The notes under the pieces are model-generated. The model was not told the DNA's origin. It did no database searches and saw nothing but the letters and a program-made list of their open reading frames with translations. Both the position numbers and the translations under genes were made by a program. Below are positions 1-11,969 of a stretch of 64,000 bases of DNA, piece by piece (positions within the stretch are counted from its first letter, which is position 1; the number at the start of each line of letters is the position of its first letter). The DNA comes from Octopus sinensis (lineage: Eukaryota): the NCBI RefSeq assembly GCF_006345805.1, contig NC_043011.1, positions 59,036,464 to 59,100,463 of the forward strand. The letters run 5' to 3'.

Positions 1-1286
1 TAAACACCTTCCACACTACAATTGTTTGTTTTAATTATTTTCTAAACTATCCAGAAATGTTTAGTTTTACATTTTCTTTAATTCATTTATAGAATATTTC
101 CATATTAAGCGAAATTTCTCAGTCACCAATATAATTATTTAAAAGTAGTTTTGTAATTGTATGACTCGTTTCTTCGCTAAACATCCAGCTATTTTGGATG
201 ATTAATTAATCCAGATTGCGTGGACCACTTGCCTCAAGTTGATATATGTGGTAACGGGTTTGAACGAGTTTGATAATGATTATTTAAATTAGCAACTAAT
301 AACTATTGTCACGTATTCCCTTTCGATCGCAGTTCTATGCAATCTTAAAATTTTGGTTAGCTTTATTCCCGAGGAAAGTTTATATACAAAAGAGTTAAAT
401 GACGGTGGAACTAGTTCAACATGGTGTGTTCTATATCCTATTATGATATTCTTTCTTCCGGTGATGCCCATTAAATTTACTAAATTCTTAACTTAGATAT
501 CATTGTGAAACTGTAGCTAATCACTGTGATTTTTTATGGACTTGCCCTTATTGATTTGCATTGAACATATAAGTGTATTATATATAATATCTTTATATTA
601 TTCTTTTATAATATTATTCATAATATTTTTAGTGATAAATGGATAGAAATATTTCATTTTCCTAATCTTCCTAATGATAAACAACGTCGTATTAACTTTA
701 TCTATGAATTTGTTAATCCTTTGATTGTTACATCGTCAAAAGCCTTGATGTTCATCATTCTTAACATGCTTTCCTTTTCTGTGAAGTTACACTTATAAAT
801 GAACGCTGTATACACTTGTCTTTATCAAAATCACAAGATAGATGGCCCAGTAACATTAACTGTATATACAATTGTACAGAATAATAAATACAACGAATAT
901 TGTGTAGAAAAAAAATTAACAGAGATATAAGGTTGAAGATATAATCTGTGAATATAGATAAAACATTTGCAAAATAAATTAAATGACGCCCGTAGAGTCA
1001 AATTCTAGAACACATAGAGGGTACTACCAAAATAATACTGTACCAAATAAATCCAAAAAGATATGAAAAAAGGAACTATGTGGGAGTCATATATATGTAG
1101 AATACGGATGATTGTAGTGGTAATCATCTAAAGCAAGATTAATGTGAATGTATTAAATTCGATAGAATGATACACAACAGAACAACGAAATCAACTTAAA
1201 GGACGAAATAATATGAAGAAATATGGAGAACGATGAAATATAGACTTGGTCATTGCAACACAAATGAAAACAGATGTGAACTGAAG

Positions 1287-1910
1287 TATTCTTTCCTACT
1301 CTAGGCAACAGGCCCGAATTTTTTGGAAAGGAGGCCAGCCTATTAGATCGACCCCAGTACGCAATTGGTACTGAATTTATCGACTCCGAAAGGAGAAAAG
1401 GCAATTCGACCTCGGCGGAATTTGAACTCAGAACGTAAAGACAGACGAAATACTGCCAAGCATTTCGCCGGGCGTGCTAACGTTTCTTATTTCTTTATTG
1501 CCCACAAGGGGCTAAACACAGAGGGGACAAACAAGGATAGACAAAGGGATTAAGTCGATTACATCGACCCCAGTGCTTATTTAAATAACTGGTACTTATT
1601 TAATCGACCACGAAAGGATAAAAGGCAAAGTCGACCACGGCGGAATTTGAACTCACAAAGTAGCGGCAGACGAAGTACCTATTTGTTTACTACCCACAAG
1701 GGACTAAACACGGAGAGGACAAGCAAGGACAGACAAACGGATTAAGTCGATTATATCGACCCCAGTGCGTAATTGGTACTTATTTAATCTACCCAGAAAG
1801 GATGAAAAGCAAAGTCGACCTCGGCGGAATTTGAACTCAGAACGTAACGGCAGACGAAATACCACTAAGCATTTCGCCTGGCGTGCTAACGTTTCTGCCA
1901 GCTCGCCGCC
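1287..1910 (-). mobile_element. Head-to-tail trimer of tRNA-derived SINE family 1
   Basis: On the minus strand there is a full head GGCGGCGAGCTGGCAGAAACG with B-box GAGTTCAAATTCC. Three copies of the central domain GCCTTTCATCCTTTCGGGGTCGATAAATTAAGTACCAG follow; this domain resembles the Meta/Sauria-type SINE core. Junctions lie at 1487/1488 and 1679/1680. Confidence 0.9.
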
Positions 1911-2395
1911 TGCAGAGATTTAACATATTAAGGCAAAACGTGACCTGAATACAGAAGTAATTAGTAAGTTCTAAGAAAAAGATAATGACATTTGAAGACT
2001 AAACAGAAACATAAATAATGCCGGAATATTTTGTCCATAAATGTCCGAACTAAAATTGAAAACCCTTTGTAATGATAACGATTGAATAAGCTTTACGCAT
2101 CAAAAGTTATTAATACGTTGCTTGTGTTTCTACAGCTTAAATATCCTGTTACCAATAGTATCATTATGTACAGCAAAGCAACTAAAACTCAGAGAAAAAC
2201 AGAACGGATTATGAAAGATATATTTTTACGTAGATCTCTTACAGCTCGAGAGAAACGAAGCGAAACATTATGAAGGGAAATCGATGATCTTGACTCTGGA
2301 ATTGACTGAATACAAGAATGGTTTCCAGTGTTCTCCGAAAATGGATTTTCTAAATATTAATAATAGCGTTAGTAATTTAATAATAGTCTTAATGA

Positions 2396-2710
2396 GTCTT
2401 TCTACTATAGGCACAAGTCCTCAAATTTTGGGGGAGGGGACCAGTCGATTATATCGCCCCCATTGGTACTTAATTTATCTGTTTCTTTATTACCCACAAG
2501 GGGATAAACGTAGAGGGGACAAACAAGGACAGACAAACGGATTAAGTCGATTATATCGACCCCAGTGCGTAACTGGTACTTATTTTATCGACCCCGAAAG
2601 GATGAAAGTCAAAGTCGACCTCGGCGGAATTTGAACTCAGAACGTAACGGCAAACGAAATACGGCTACGCATTTCGCCCGGCGTGCAAACGGTTCTGCCA
2701 GCTCGCCACC
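2396..2710 (-). mobile_element. SINE family 1, full copy fused to a second partial core plus tail
   Basis: Head ends at 2710 and is followed by core and tail. A junction at 2480/2481 leads into a second ATAAATTAAGTACC core fragment and a different tail. Another short core fragment lies at ~2715-2750. Confidence 0.9.
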
Positions 2711-3130
2711 TTCTTGGTACTTAATTTATCAACCCGGAAAGGATGCAAGGATGCGAGTCCAATAATAGTATTAATAATAATATGAATAACTTCATAATAC
2801 TATGCATAACAGCTACGTTAATATACAAAGTGAGATTAACCGATTAAAAGCTGTAGAAAAAAGCCAGAATGATTAAATTCTAACAAGCCTTGTCTTTATT
2901 AGAACATGGAGCCCCTATGTTTATCTTGTCTGGTACTTACTGTCTTTTGTATCTAATAAATATGTTTAAACTAGACTCGGTTCACTCTGTATCAGAAGTA
3001 ACATTCTCTATGCGGAAACCAATATTTTTTTTTTACTGCCGATACAACAGTAAGAGCTAATAATTTCCCTTCTCTTACACTGGCATGACATCACTATTAT
3101 GAATCTTTTATACACTGTTAATATCAAACA

Positions 3131-3178
<48 letters not shown>

Positions 3179-4158
3179 GCACTCACTCACACACGATCAT
3201 TATATAATTTATCGGCAAACAAATTTAAATGCTTTAGAAAAGAGGAAAAGTCAAAAATCATGTCAGACAAAAGACAAAATAGCAGTCTAAACCGAATACA
3301 TACTTAGACATACGTAGGAATGATCTTTTGTTGTTCAAGAAAGAAAAATTAAAGACAAACAAGGATTCTGCAATTGAGCGTTTTCAAGAATACGTTATAG
3401 TTATAATATTTACTAATGGTCATGATTTGAATTAACAAGAGTAGTCTAGACAGAACACTAAGAAACATAACGACTGCATTTAGAATAATTCAACCAAAAT
3501 ATGACATAGATACATTACTCTTTTTATTTAATTCAATTGCAGAAAGCGTAGGATGTGAATATATCTAGAAAATCTATTATATAACATTCAAGATTACTCT
3601 CACAAAGTACGAAATAAAAAAAAAACATTGGAAAATTAATATAAATAAGAAAATACGAACAAAGGAAACAACAGACTTCTTTGAGTGAAGGAACTAAAGA
3701 ATAAAAACAAAATTAATGAAGGGACGGACTGTAGCGAGACGGAAGCGGAAGAAACAATAGAAACTGTTAAACAGTAAACTAAAGATGTGACTACAGAATG
3801 ATTAGAAAATTTCCAACATGGATTATACCTGACAGATTGAATAAGTAGCAGATAGATGAAGGTATATTGCGGCCATACTTGATAAGTTCAGCACTACATG
3901 CTGGGATAAAGAACAGCAAAAAACAAAAACAGAAAGAGTGAAATATAAAGAGCAACACACGGAAAATAGTAAATGTATCGCCATGAATAGAAACAGCACT
4001 GACTGAAAGAAAATACAAGAAAACGGGTTTTGGCGGGGAGCGGGGTTTTTGGTAAGGACAGTCTTTCTGAGGATATCAAATTATACGGCCTCATACAAGA
4101 GGGAGATAAATGGTCACTCCCTTTAGTATATTTTCGTGATATTCCCAATCTGTGAGAT

Positions 4159-4187
<29 letters not shown>

Positions 4188-4190
<3 letters not shown>

Positions 4191-4398
4191 TTCTTTACTG
4201 CCCACAGTGGGCTAAACACAGACAAATATATTAAGTCGATTGGATCGATCCCATTGCGAAACTGGTACCTTATTTATGGACCCCGAAAGGATGAAAGGCA
4301 AAGTCAACCTCGGCGGAATTTGAAATCAGAACGTAACGGCAGACGAAATACCGCTAAGCATTTCGCCCAGCGCGCTAAAGTTTTTGCCAGCTCGCCGA
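4188..4398 (-). mobile_element. SINE family 1 monomer with partly deleted tail
   Basis: Same head, B-box and core as 1287-1910; abuts a (CA)n(TA)n tract. Confidence 0.9.
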
Positions 4399-4402
4399 CT
4401 TC

Positions 4403-4435
<33 letters not shown>

Positions 4436-5794
4436 AGTCTAGGATCTACATTTAAGCAACCTTATCTTTTTATTAACCACGGTACACTGCCAATAGTGGG
4501 GATATTATTCAACTGCATAAAAACCCTGCATTCTTTCATTAGATTTACACTCCACGCAAGCGTATCTTACATCTCTATTATTTACTGATATATTTCTTCA
4601 TATCAAGATTTATTTCGTGTAATGAAATATGCGAGCTGTTGCATTTCTTCTCAAAGAAATGCAATTTACGACGAGAAATTCCTACTCGCTATAAATATAT
4701 TGATGGAAATACGTTGTGAAATGTTTCTTGTTATGATTCTATATCCACCGAATTACCTGCCTTGTGGTAGCATGCCGCTCAGTGTGTTTAGCGTTAGAAA
4801 CAGTGGAAAACGAAAATTATTTCTCATTAGAAGGAAATCATTCCTTTTGTTTTGGTTGAATTCATGCGAGGTTTTCTCGTCCACTCTTAATATCAGAGTG
4901 TTTCTTAGTCTCCACAGTTACCAATCTATAGATAGTTAGACGTGGTTCTTCTTCATGTTGCTTAACGTCAACTCAGACTTTACTGAATGTTCTTATGATA
5001 TTAAAATCATTCCAACGGGAAACATCTGCTTTTTTCAAACAGTTGACGTCGGCGTACAGTGTGACGTTCTGTGACTAATGTAATTTGGTGTGATTTTGTG
5101 ACTAATGTGACTGCTGCAGCTTACTGAACAATCGGCCACTGAATCATACTTACTGGTAGGATTATACTTCTAACTCTCATCCTGTACTTTCAACTAACTC
5201 TTATATATATTTAGTTCCCCTAACTCTCGCCATGGACGCTTCTCTCCTTCTTGTTTCTCCCTCCTTTTGTCTCCCTATTTGCCTTATTCTCTTTTACTTA
5301 CTCCTCTTTTTCCTTTTAAGTAATCACGCGAAATCTTTAGAATTACATTCCATCAACCTCATCTCATGGACGCTTCTCTCTCACTATTTTTCTCCCTCCC
5401 TCTTTTTCATTCTCCCTTCTTCTTTTCCCCTCTTTCTCACAGGCGAAAGTGTTACTGACGGGCTAAGTAACGCAAAGACAAGCAGAATTATTATATACTA
5501 ATATCTGTTCTTTATTCATACAAAAGTACAAGTCCACATGTACTAAGACGGAGATACGACATAACTACATTTAAAAAGTAGTGTGGCTTATTTTAGTCAA
5601 TCTCCTATTATGAAAGACTGAATTTAATTTTATTCCGTTCTGAAATAAAATAGCTTAAATACTAAATAAACAAATATAGAAATTTAAAAAAATCGTTTTC
5701 AATTTCTTTACTATATTTTATATTTTTATTTACTAAATTTCAATCTTAATTAAGGATTGAAAAATCTTTTATTTTCACTTTTGCAAATATATTG

Positions 5795-6028
5795 CTATTC
5801 CACGTTGCTTTCGTCCGTTTCTATGGTAATTTTATTCACGTGTATTTTTAGTGTTATCCGCTTTGCTTCGAGATTAATGCGACTGACTAGTGTATAAATT
5901 AGATGATTAATCCTCCTGATGTTGACATCTGTTTCTATTTCTAAGATATTCTTCATCGTCTTGTTGCATTTCTTTCCAATAATTCTCCTTAATTTATGAT
6001 CAGTACTTTTATTTTTTATTTTTGTCAA
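5795..6028 (-). mobile_element. Possible decayed non-LTR retrotransposon ORF fragment (R4/Dong-like pre-RT region)
   Basis: EIETDVNIRRINHLIYTLVSRI loosely resembles the I.TD.I.E.N.LIYA segment of REL-type LINEs. No catalytic motif is present. Confidence 0.25.
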
Positions 6029-6454
6029 TTACATTTCTTACAATTGTTTCATCTAGAGATATTGCAAATTTTTTTGTAGTTATTATACTGCTGTTTTTAA
6101 TTACAACGTGTATAACATTCCGTTATAATAATCTCCTGCTTTTCTGCCTACTGCAATAAGTCACCTTTCAATATAAGAAGTCTGAAAGTGCTAGAAATTA
6201 TATTAAGTTCTCCTATACCGATATCAATTTTTATTGTTTAATTTACTTATATTTTCAGTATTTTTTTATTGGAATGGTTACATTTCAAATACTTAGAAGG
6301 CAGGTGTTTTAGAAATTCTAGACTCGGTACATATTCAAACTCTTAAATTTTTAATTTATGGGAGATGACAAGTTTCGTTTAATTTTGTATTCTCTTAAAT
6401 TATGGACTTCGTTCATGTCAGTGCATATCACTATTTCATATTATCTTTTATTCT

Positions 6455-6620
6455 AATTTGTTACTTGTTACAGTTAGTGGACTGCGGCCATACTGGATCA
6501 CCACACTGAAGTGTCCAGTCACTCACACGCTCTACAGTAACGAATTTGCTCTCGTCAATTATTCTATGAATGTCTTCTGCCGAACAGCTCGGTGACAAAA
6601 ACGTAAACATACCAGGCTAC
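6455..6620 (-). mobile_element. Degraded 3' tail of SINE family 2
   Basis: GACTGCGGCCATACTGGATCACC and CTGCCGAACAGCT..ACGTAAACATACCAG match the family 2 tail at 7407 and 12830. Confidence 0.6.
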
Positions 6621-6693
6621 AGAGAATGACGTACACACGTACAAACATAAACATGCACACACACACAGACACACAGACACACACACACACACA

Positions 6694-6756
<63 letters not shown>

Positions 6757-6759
<3 letters not shown>

Positions 6760-6960
6760 AGAGTTTACGAAAAGACCAAAAGACGAAGACAGGTGGTATA
6801 CGAAACAAACTGATGTATTAGTTTAACGATCAGGAATAGAACAAGTCTTTAATGTTTCGAGCCTACGCTCTTCTACAGAAAGGGACACAGAAAGAAACAA
6901 AGAGAGAAACAAGGAGATAATAAAATGTGTGTAGTGGCTAACGGTCTATCATGGCGACTG
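6757..6960 (-). mobile_element. Short microsatellite-anchored repeat (family 3, copy 1), probably a PLE-derived non-autonomous element
   Basis: Homologous to 19895-20035 and 42020-42210. It abuts (TA)n and contains the motif GAAGAGCGTAGGCTCGAAAC. Confidence 0.75.
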
Positions 6961-7406
6961 ATATATATATATATATATGCACGCACGCACGCTCACACAC
7001 ACACACACATACACACACACGTTCCTATACATATGTAAATATACACACAAATATATATTTACAAAAATTTGTTTTTTAAGGATTATGGTAAAATACGTTT
7101 TGTTTAGGCGACACGCCGCGGTATCCAATCCCAAACACCCTGCTTACAAAGCTTACTTCTTAATCACATATACTTAGCAGCACTTCAGTTATTTATCGTG
7201 TTTATTTTATATTCTGTGAGACTGTCGATTTTTCGGCTAAAATCTTCTCAAGCTAATTGTGAAATATAGAACAGAATACTTAAAATAAAATAACTGTGAT
7301 AAGACATCATCATACTTAAAAAATATATTTCTCTGGCTAAGTTTATTATTAAAAATCTCAGTGTTTTAAGCGTACTTTCGGTAAAGTACCTGATGGCAAA
7401 TTCGTT

Positions 7407-7793
7407 ACTGTGGCCATGCTGGAGAACCGCCTTTTTAATCGAGTCACTCGACACCAGGACTTATTCTTTGTAAGCCTAGTACTTATTCTATCGGTCTCTT
7501 TTGCCGAACCGCTAAGTTACGGGGACGTAAACACACCAGCATCGGCTGTCAAGCGATGCTGGGGGGACAAACACAAGCACATAAACACACACACATATAC
7601 ATATATATATATATATATATACATATATATACATATATACGACGGGCTTCTTTCAGTTTCCGTCAACCAAATCCACTCACAAGGCTTTGATTGGCCCGAG
7701 GCTATAATAGAAGACACTTGCCCAATGTGCCATGCAGTGGGAATGAACCCGGAAACATGTGGTTGGTAAGCAAGCTACTTACAACACAGCCAC
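7407..7793 (-). mobile_element. tRNA-derived SINE family 2 with internal (TA)n/(TG)n microsatellite
   Basis: Minus-strand head GTGGCTGTGTTGTAAG..CCGGGTTCATTCCC and a CORE-like TTGGGCAAGTGTCTT segment. An internal microsatellite at ~7575-7640 precedes a conserved 3' module. Confidence 0.9.
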
Positions 7794-7882
7794 ACAAATG
7801 AAATGTGCTCGGCAACTTGCAAATTTCTGTGAATAACCAACTGCGTGGGACCTTGGTCAAATACCATCAAACTCTACAGTAG

Positions 7883-8180
7883 TGGCACTCCGTTGGTTAC
7901 AACGACGAGGGTTCCAGTTCATCCGATCAACCAAAATGCCTGCTCTTGAAATTAACTTGAAATTAGCGTACTTTTAGTGTAGATCTCAGGGAGATTTAGA
8001 GTGCCATAGAATGTGACAAGGGTGGCCCTTTGAAATACACGTACAACCCCTTTTTGCCAGCTGTGTCAGCCATATGAAATAAAACGGCTTACTCGTGGAC
8101 ACATCGCCCCGCCGTAAATCGAACTCACGACCTTGTGATCGGGAGCCGAATACCCTACTTACTATGTCACGTGCATCCAC
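7883..8180 (-). mobile_element. tRNA-derived SINE family 4 variant
   Basis: Head with B-box GAGTTCGATTT. The 3' module GGAACCCTCGTCGTTGTAACCAACGGAGTGCC is shared with 43996-44376. Confidence 0.85.
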
Positions 8181-8364
8181 AGAATCGTACAAGCCTCAAG
8201 TCAACAGAACTGTTGTATGTAAAATATGTTAGAACCAAATCTGAATGCTTCACTACCGCAAGAGTAGTTCTTCTAATTCGGCAATAAACTTTTAGTGTCA
8301 CTTCCTTTCACGTGAAAATAAATCCCTATTTTTTGGCCCCTGAAAATTCTCTCTCTCTCACTCG

Positions 8365-8399
<35 letters not shown>

Positions 8400-8408
<9 letters not shown>

Positions 8409-8764
8409 GGCAGTTTGTCTGTGCGTTTTCTGTATGTCTGTTAGGTTGTACCCTCACTCTGGCCACGGCTTTCAACCGATTCTGATGAAACTTGACACAC
8501 ACATAGCCCAATGTCATAATTCAAAACTAACGCAGCGAAAATTTTGAAAAGTTCCCCCAGTTCTGAAAAAAATCGATAAATTCGACATGGGGTCGAGAAT
8601 CAGAAACCCAAACCACAGACTGTCTAGGGGACGCAACTCCACCTTTTTTAACTCTCAAAAATTTTTTTTTCCATTTTTTTGCTATTTTTTTGGCTATAAC
8701 TCTCTAAAAATGCTTTATAGTTATTTCCCTTACAAACCTGAGCAACGCCGGGCGATACTGCTAG
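8400..8764 (+). mobile_element. Non-autonomous Helitron
   Basis: The 3' end has an imperfect GC hairpin CCTGAGCAACGCCGGG (8737-8752) followed by CTAG (8761-8764)|T. The 5' part has CTGT-type repeats and the CAACCGATTCTGATGAAACTTG motif typical of such elements. Flanked by (TA)n. Confidence 0.8.
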
Positions 8765-10576
8765 TATATATATATATATATATATATATATAACGTATGT
8801 ATGTGTGTGTGTATGTATGTATGTATGCATGTATGTATGTATGTATACATGTACGTATGTGCCTCTTGTATTTTTCTAATTATTATAAATCTTCCACTGT
8901 GGAGGGAGTCAGTTTCCAGCAAAGACACATGGCTCCATCTTTGGGATGTAGTTAACACGGACATATACGCATTTGGAACTTCAGAAAAGTCTTGCATATT
9001 TTTGCTGTTCCACTCATTGATTGCACTTGTAGTGTACGAATCAGTCGGTCGATTTCTCTTTCTGAAAATCCCAGTTCATCCAAATTCTCCTTTAAGCATT
9101 TACTAACAAGACCTAATGCTCCAATTATTATTGGTATGAATATGAATTCATACATATAGAAGCTGGAGGTTTCGAAGCAGTTGTTCATAGGTATCCTCTT
9201 TTTCTTTGATTTTCAAAGCTATATTTACATCTATGATGGTACATACCAACTTACATGCGTAGATATGTATGTATGTATGTGTGTATATGTGTGTGCGTGC
9301 GTGTGGTGTGCGAGTGTGCGCGTATGTATTTGTACGCATGTATGCCCTACAAAATATGAGATGTAGGAGCTCGTAGTTATACGCTGCAGAAAGTCTTGTG
9401 TCGTGCAGATCGTTTCGACGTCTCAGCGAGGAATTGATTAGCATTCTTTTATAAGATTTATCGTATTGTACTACAACTATATTGAGTCCCTAGTCATAGG
9501 TATTTCGCTGTCCTATTCGCCATGAGGCATAGTTCGCCTCCTTAGTCATTGTATCGAATCCCAATTATAGAACTTCTAATTTACATGAAATGACGAAGAA
9601 AAATATACTATATAAATAAAGATAGAAAGGGGTGCAGTGAGTTATACACAAACACGTACGCGCGCAAACACACACACACACACACACACATACATACACA
9701 CAAATACACGCATATGCAAGAAAGATTCGAACTGCGTCTTCCAGATATAATTTATTGAAAAGTTATATACTTGTCCGAGCCTTTTGTAGAAGACATTTTC
9801 TTAAAATTAATCTCGTGAATATGTCGGGAGAACAAGGAGTTAACAACATAACGATACTTATTGTTTACGCAGATTTGTTCCTCACTAAAGATAATGCTCT
9901 TTCTTAACTCCTGAAAAAAAAAAGAATTTGGTTTTCACAGGGAATGTCGATGTAGATAAAGCTATAAATAATGTGGTGTTAACGTTGGCTTAAAATCCCT
10001 TGAAAAAGTAGAACAGGGTCCTCAGCACTCAAACACCCACCTTGTGTAAACATGGCAGAAAATCCAAATTATTGCTTTGGTCCAATGAAAGAACGTCTGT
10101 CATGTTTACAGACGACGTGCGTTCTAGTCCCATTGACATCCCTCGGCGTTTCTATCGAAAGATTGAATTTTTTACCCCTTGTTTACACGCTGTTATTTAA
10201 AACGAAATATTCCAAGTTTCTCGAATTTTGTAAATCCCTGTGACGTAAACATCAAAAGATATTTACAGATTCCCCGATAGATGTCTATTGAAGAGGATCG
10301 TCTACCTGACTGTGAGATATAATTGCTGTCATCTATTATTGATGTTAAGATGTCATTAAAATAGAAGAACAAAGATTCATTTCAATTTTGAATTTCTTTG
10401 AACTGTAGATTGTCTTTGAGAGATTATTGCACTTTATGAACTCATGTATCATTAATCTCTCAGCTGTTCGAAATACTTTGATCGTTTCAGACTAAAATAA
10501 ATTATCTCCGTGTTTGTAGATCAGAGATATTTAGTTATATTTTCTGATTACAGGGCAGCGCATAGAAATATATATT

Positions 10577-10991
10577 TATTTCTTTATTGCCCACAGGGAG
10601 CTAAACACAGAGGGGACAAACAAGGACAGACAAAGGGCTTAAGTCGGTTACATCGAACCCAGTGCGTAACTGGTACTAAATTTATCGACCCCGATAGGAT
10701 GAAAGGCAAAGTCGACCTCGGCGGAATTTGAACTCAGAACGTAACGGCAGCCAAAATATCTATTTCTTTACTACCCACAAGGGGCTAAACACATAGAGGA
10801 TAAACAAGGACAGACAAACGGATTAAGTCGATTATATCGACACCAGTGCGTAAGTGATACTTATTTAATCGACCCCGAAAGGATGAAAGGCAAAGTCGAC
10901 CTCGGCGGAATTTGAACTCAGAACGTAACGGCAGCCGAAATGCTGCTAAGCATTTCGCCCGACGTGCTAACGTTTCTGCCAGCTCGCCGCC
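10577..10991 (-). mobile_element. Head-to-tail dimer of SINE family 1
   Basis: Full head at 10991, two cores and two tails, with a junction at 10760/10761. Confidence 0.9.
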
Positions 10992-11484
10992 TTGCTGGAA
11001 ATATTGATATATTTCAAGCTTTTCTTATGTACGTCTAGAAATCTGCTGTGGTTTCAACAATTAATTTTCACCGGGACTTTAATTTTAGATGTTTCAAATA
11101 AGAGTAGAAGAATCTTCATTTCAGTAGAATCCCCTAAAGGTATCCAAAAGAACATTGCGTAACAATTTATTTTAATACATTATTTTTAGTATTGTCTAGG
11201 TATAGGAAAATATCTCACGCCTTACGTAAACTAATTTCTTTAACAGTTAGAAGCAAATGGCGTCAAATTAAATTTATCAACAGACAACAGATATGAAAGA
11301 GACAACTAAATATCGTTAAGTGAATAGTTATAACTCTGACACGTACGGGTCTCTCTTGCTCACGTTCGCTCTTTTATTTATCCGTGTCTCTGTGTGTTTC
11401 TGTGTATATGTGTCAGTGTGTACGTGTGCTTAGTTGAATTTTGATACATCAGAAACCATGCATCAAGATTACAGAATGGTTAGT

Positions 11485-11625
11485 CCGTCGAAGAACAGGT
11501 TTAGCTGAATTTCGCCCATCTCAAAGTCATGAGTTCCAATCCACCGAGGTGGACTTTGCCTTTCATCCTTTCGGGGTCTATGAGTTTAGTACCAGTTGAA
11601 CATTGGGCTGATGTAATCAACTAAA
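11485..11625 (+). mobile_element. Degraded SINE family 1
   Basis: GAGTTCCAATCCACCGAGGTGGACTTTGCCTTTCATCCTTTCGGGGTC matches the family 1 core. Confidence 0.8.
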
Positions 11626-11904
11626 ACTATGTAAAAGCAAAAAAATTACACCTTGTGGCGGTCTTATTTATGAGAAACAGCTATGAATTAAAAAGCTCGT
11701 TCATTTGTATAGGCATCTGACCATGTAAATACACCCCTGACACCTAGTTTTCCTTATCTATCATTTCTCTTTTGTATGGATGACTTCTTTCATCAGCGTT
11801 ACCTGCCCTTTATGAAGAAGATGGAGTTCAAGTTTCGGATCTGTATTCTACCACGTGATTTAATACATTCTAAATACATCCATCCATCCATCCATCCATA
11901 CATA

Positions 11905-11969
<65 letters not shown>

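Noticed and set aside
1287-1910. Repeat-spacer-like periodicity suggestive of CRISPR
   Set aside because: The units are ~190-230-bp SINE monomers in eukaryotic DNA, with no unique spacers and no cas genes.
3300-4150. Purine-rich stretch resembling an L1/Tx1 C-terminus
   Set aside because: Only vague similarity (EETIE), with many stops and no intact zinc-knuckle or RT motif.
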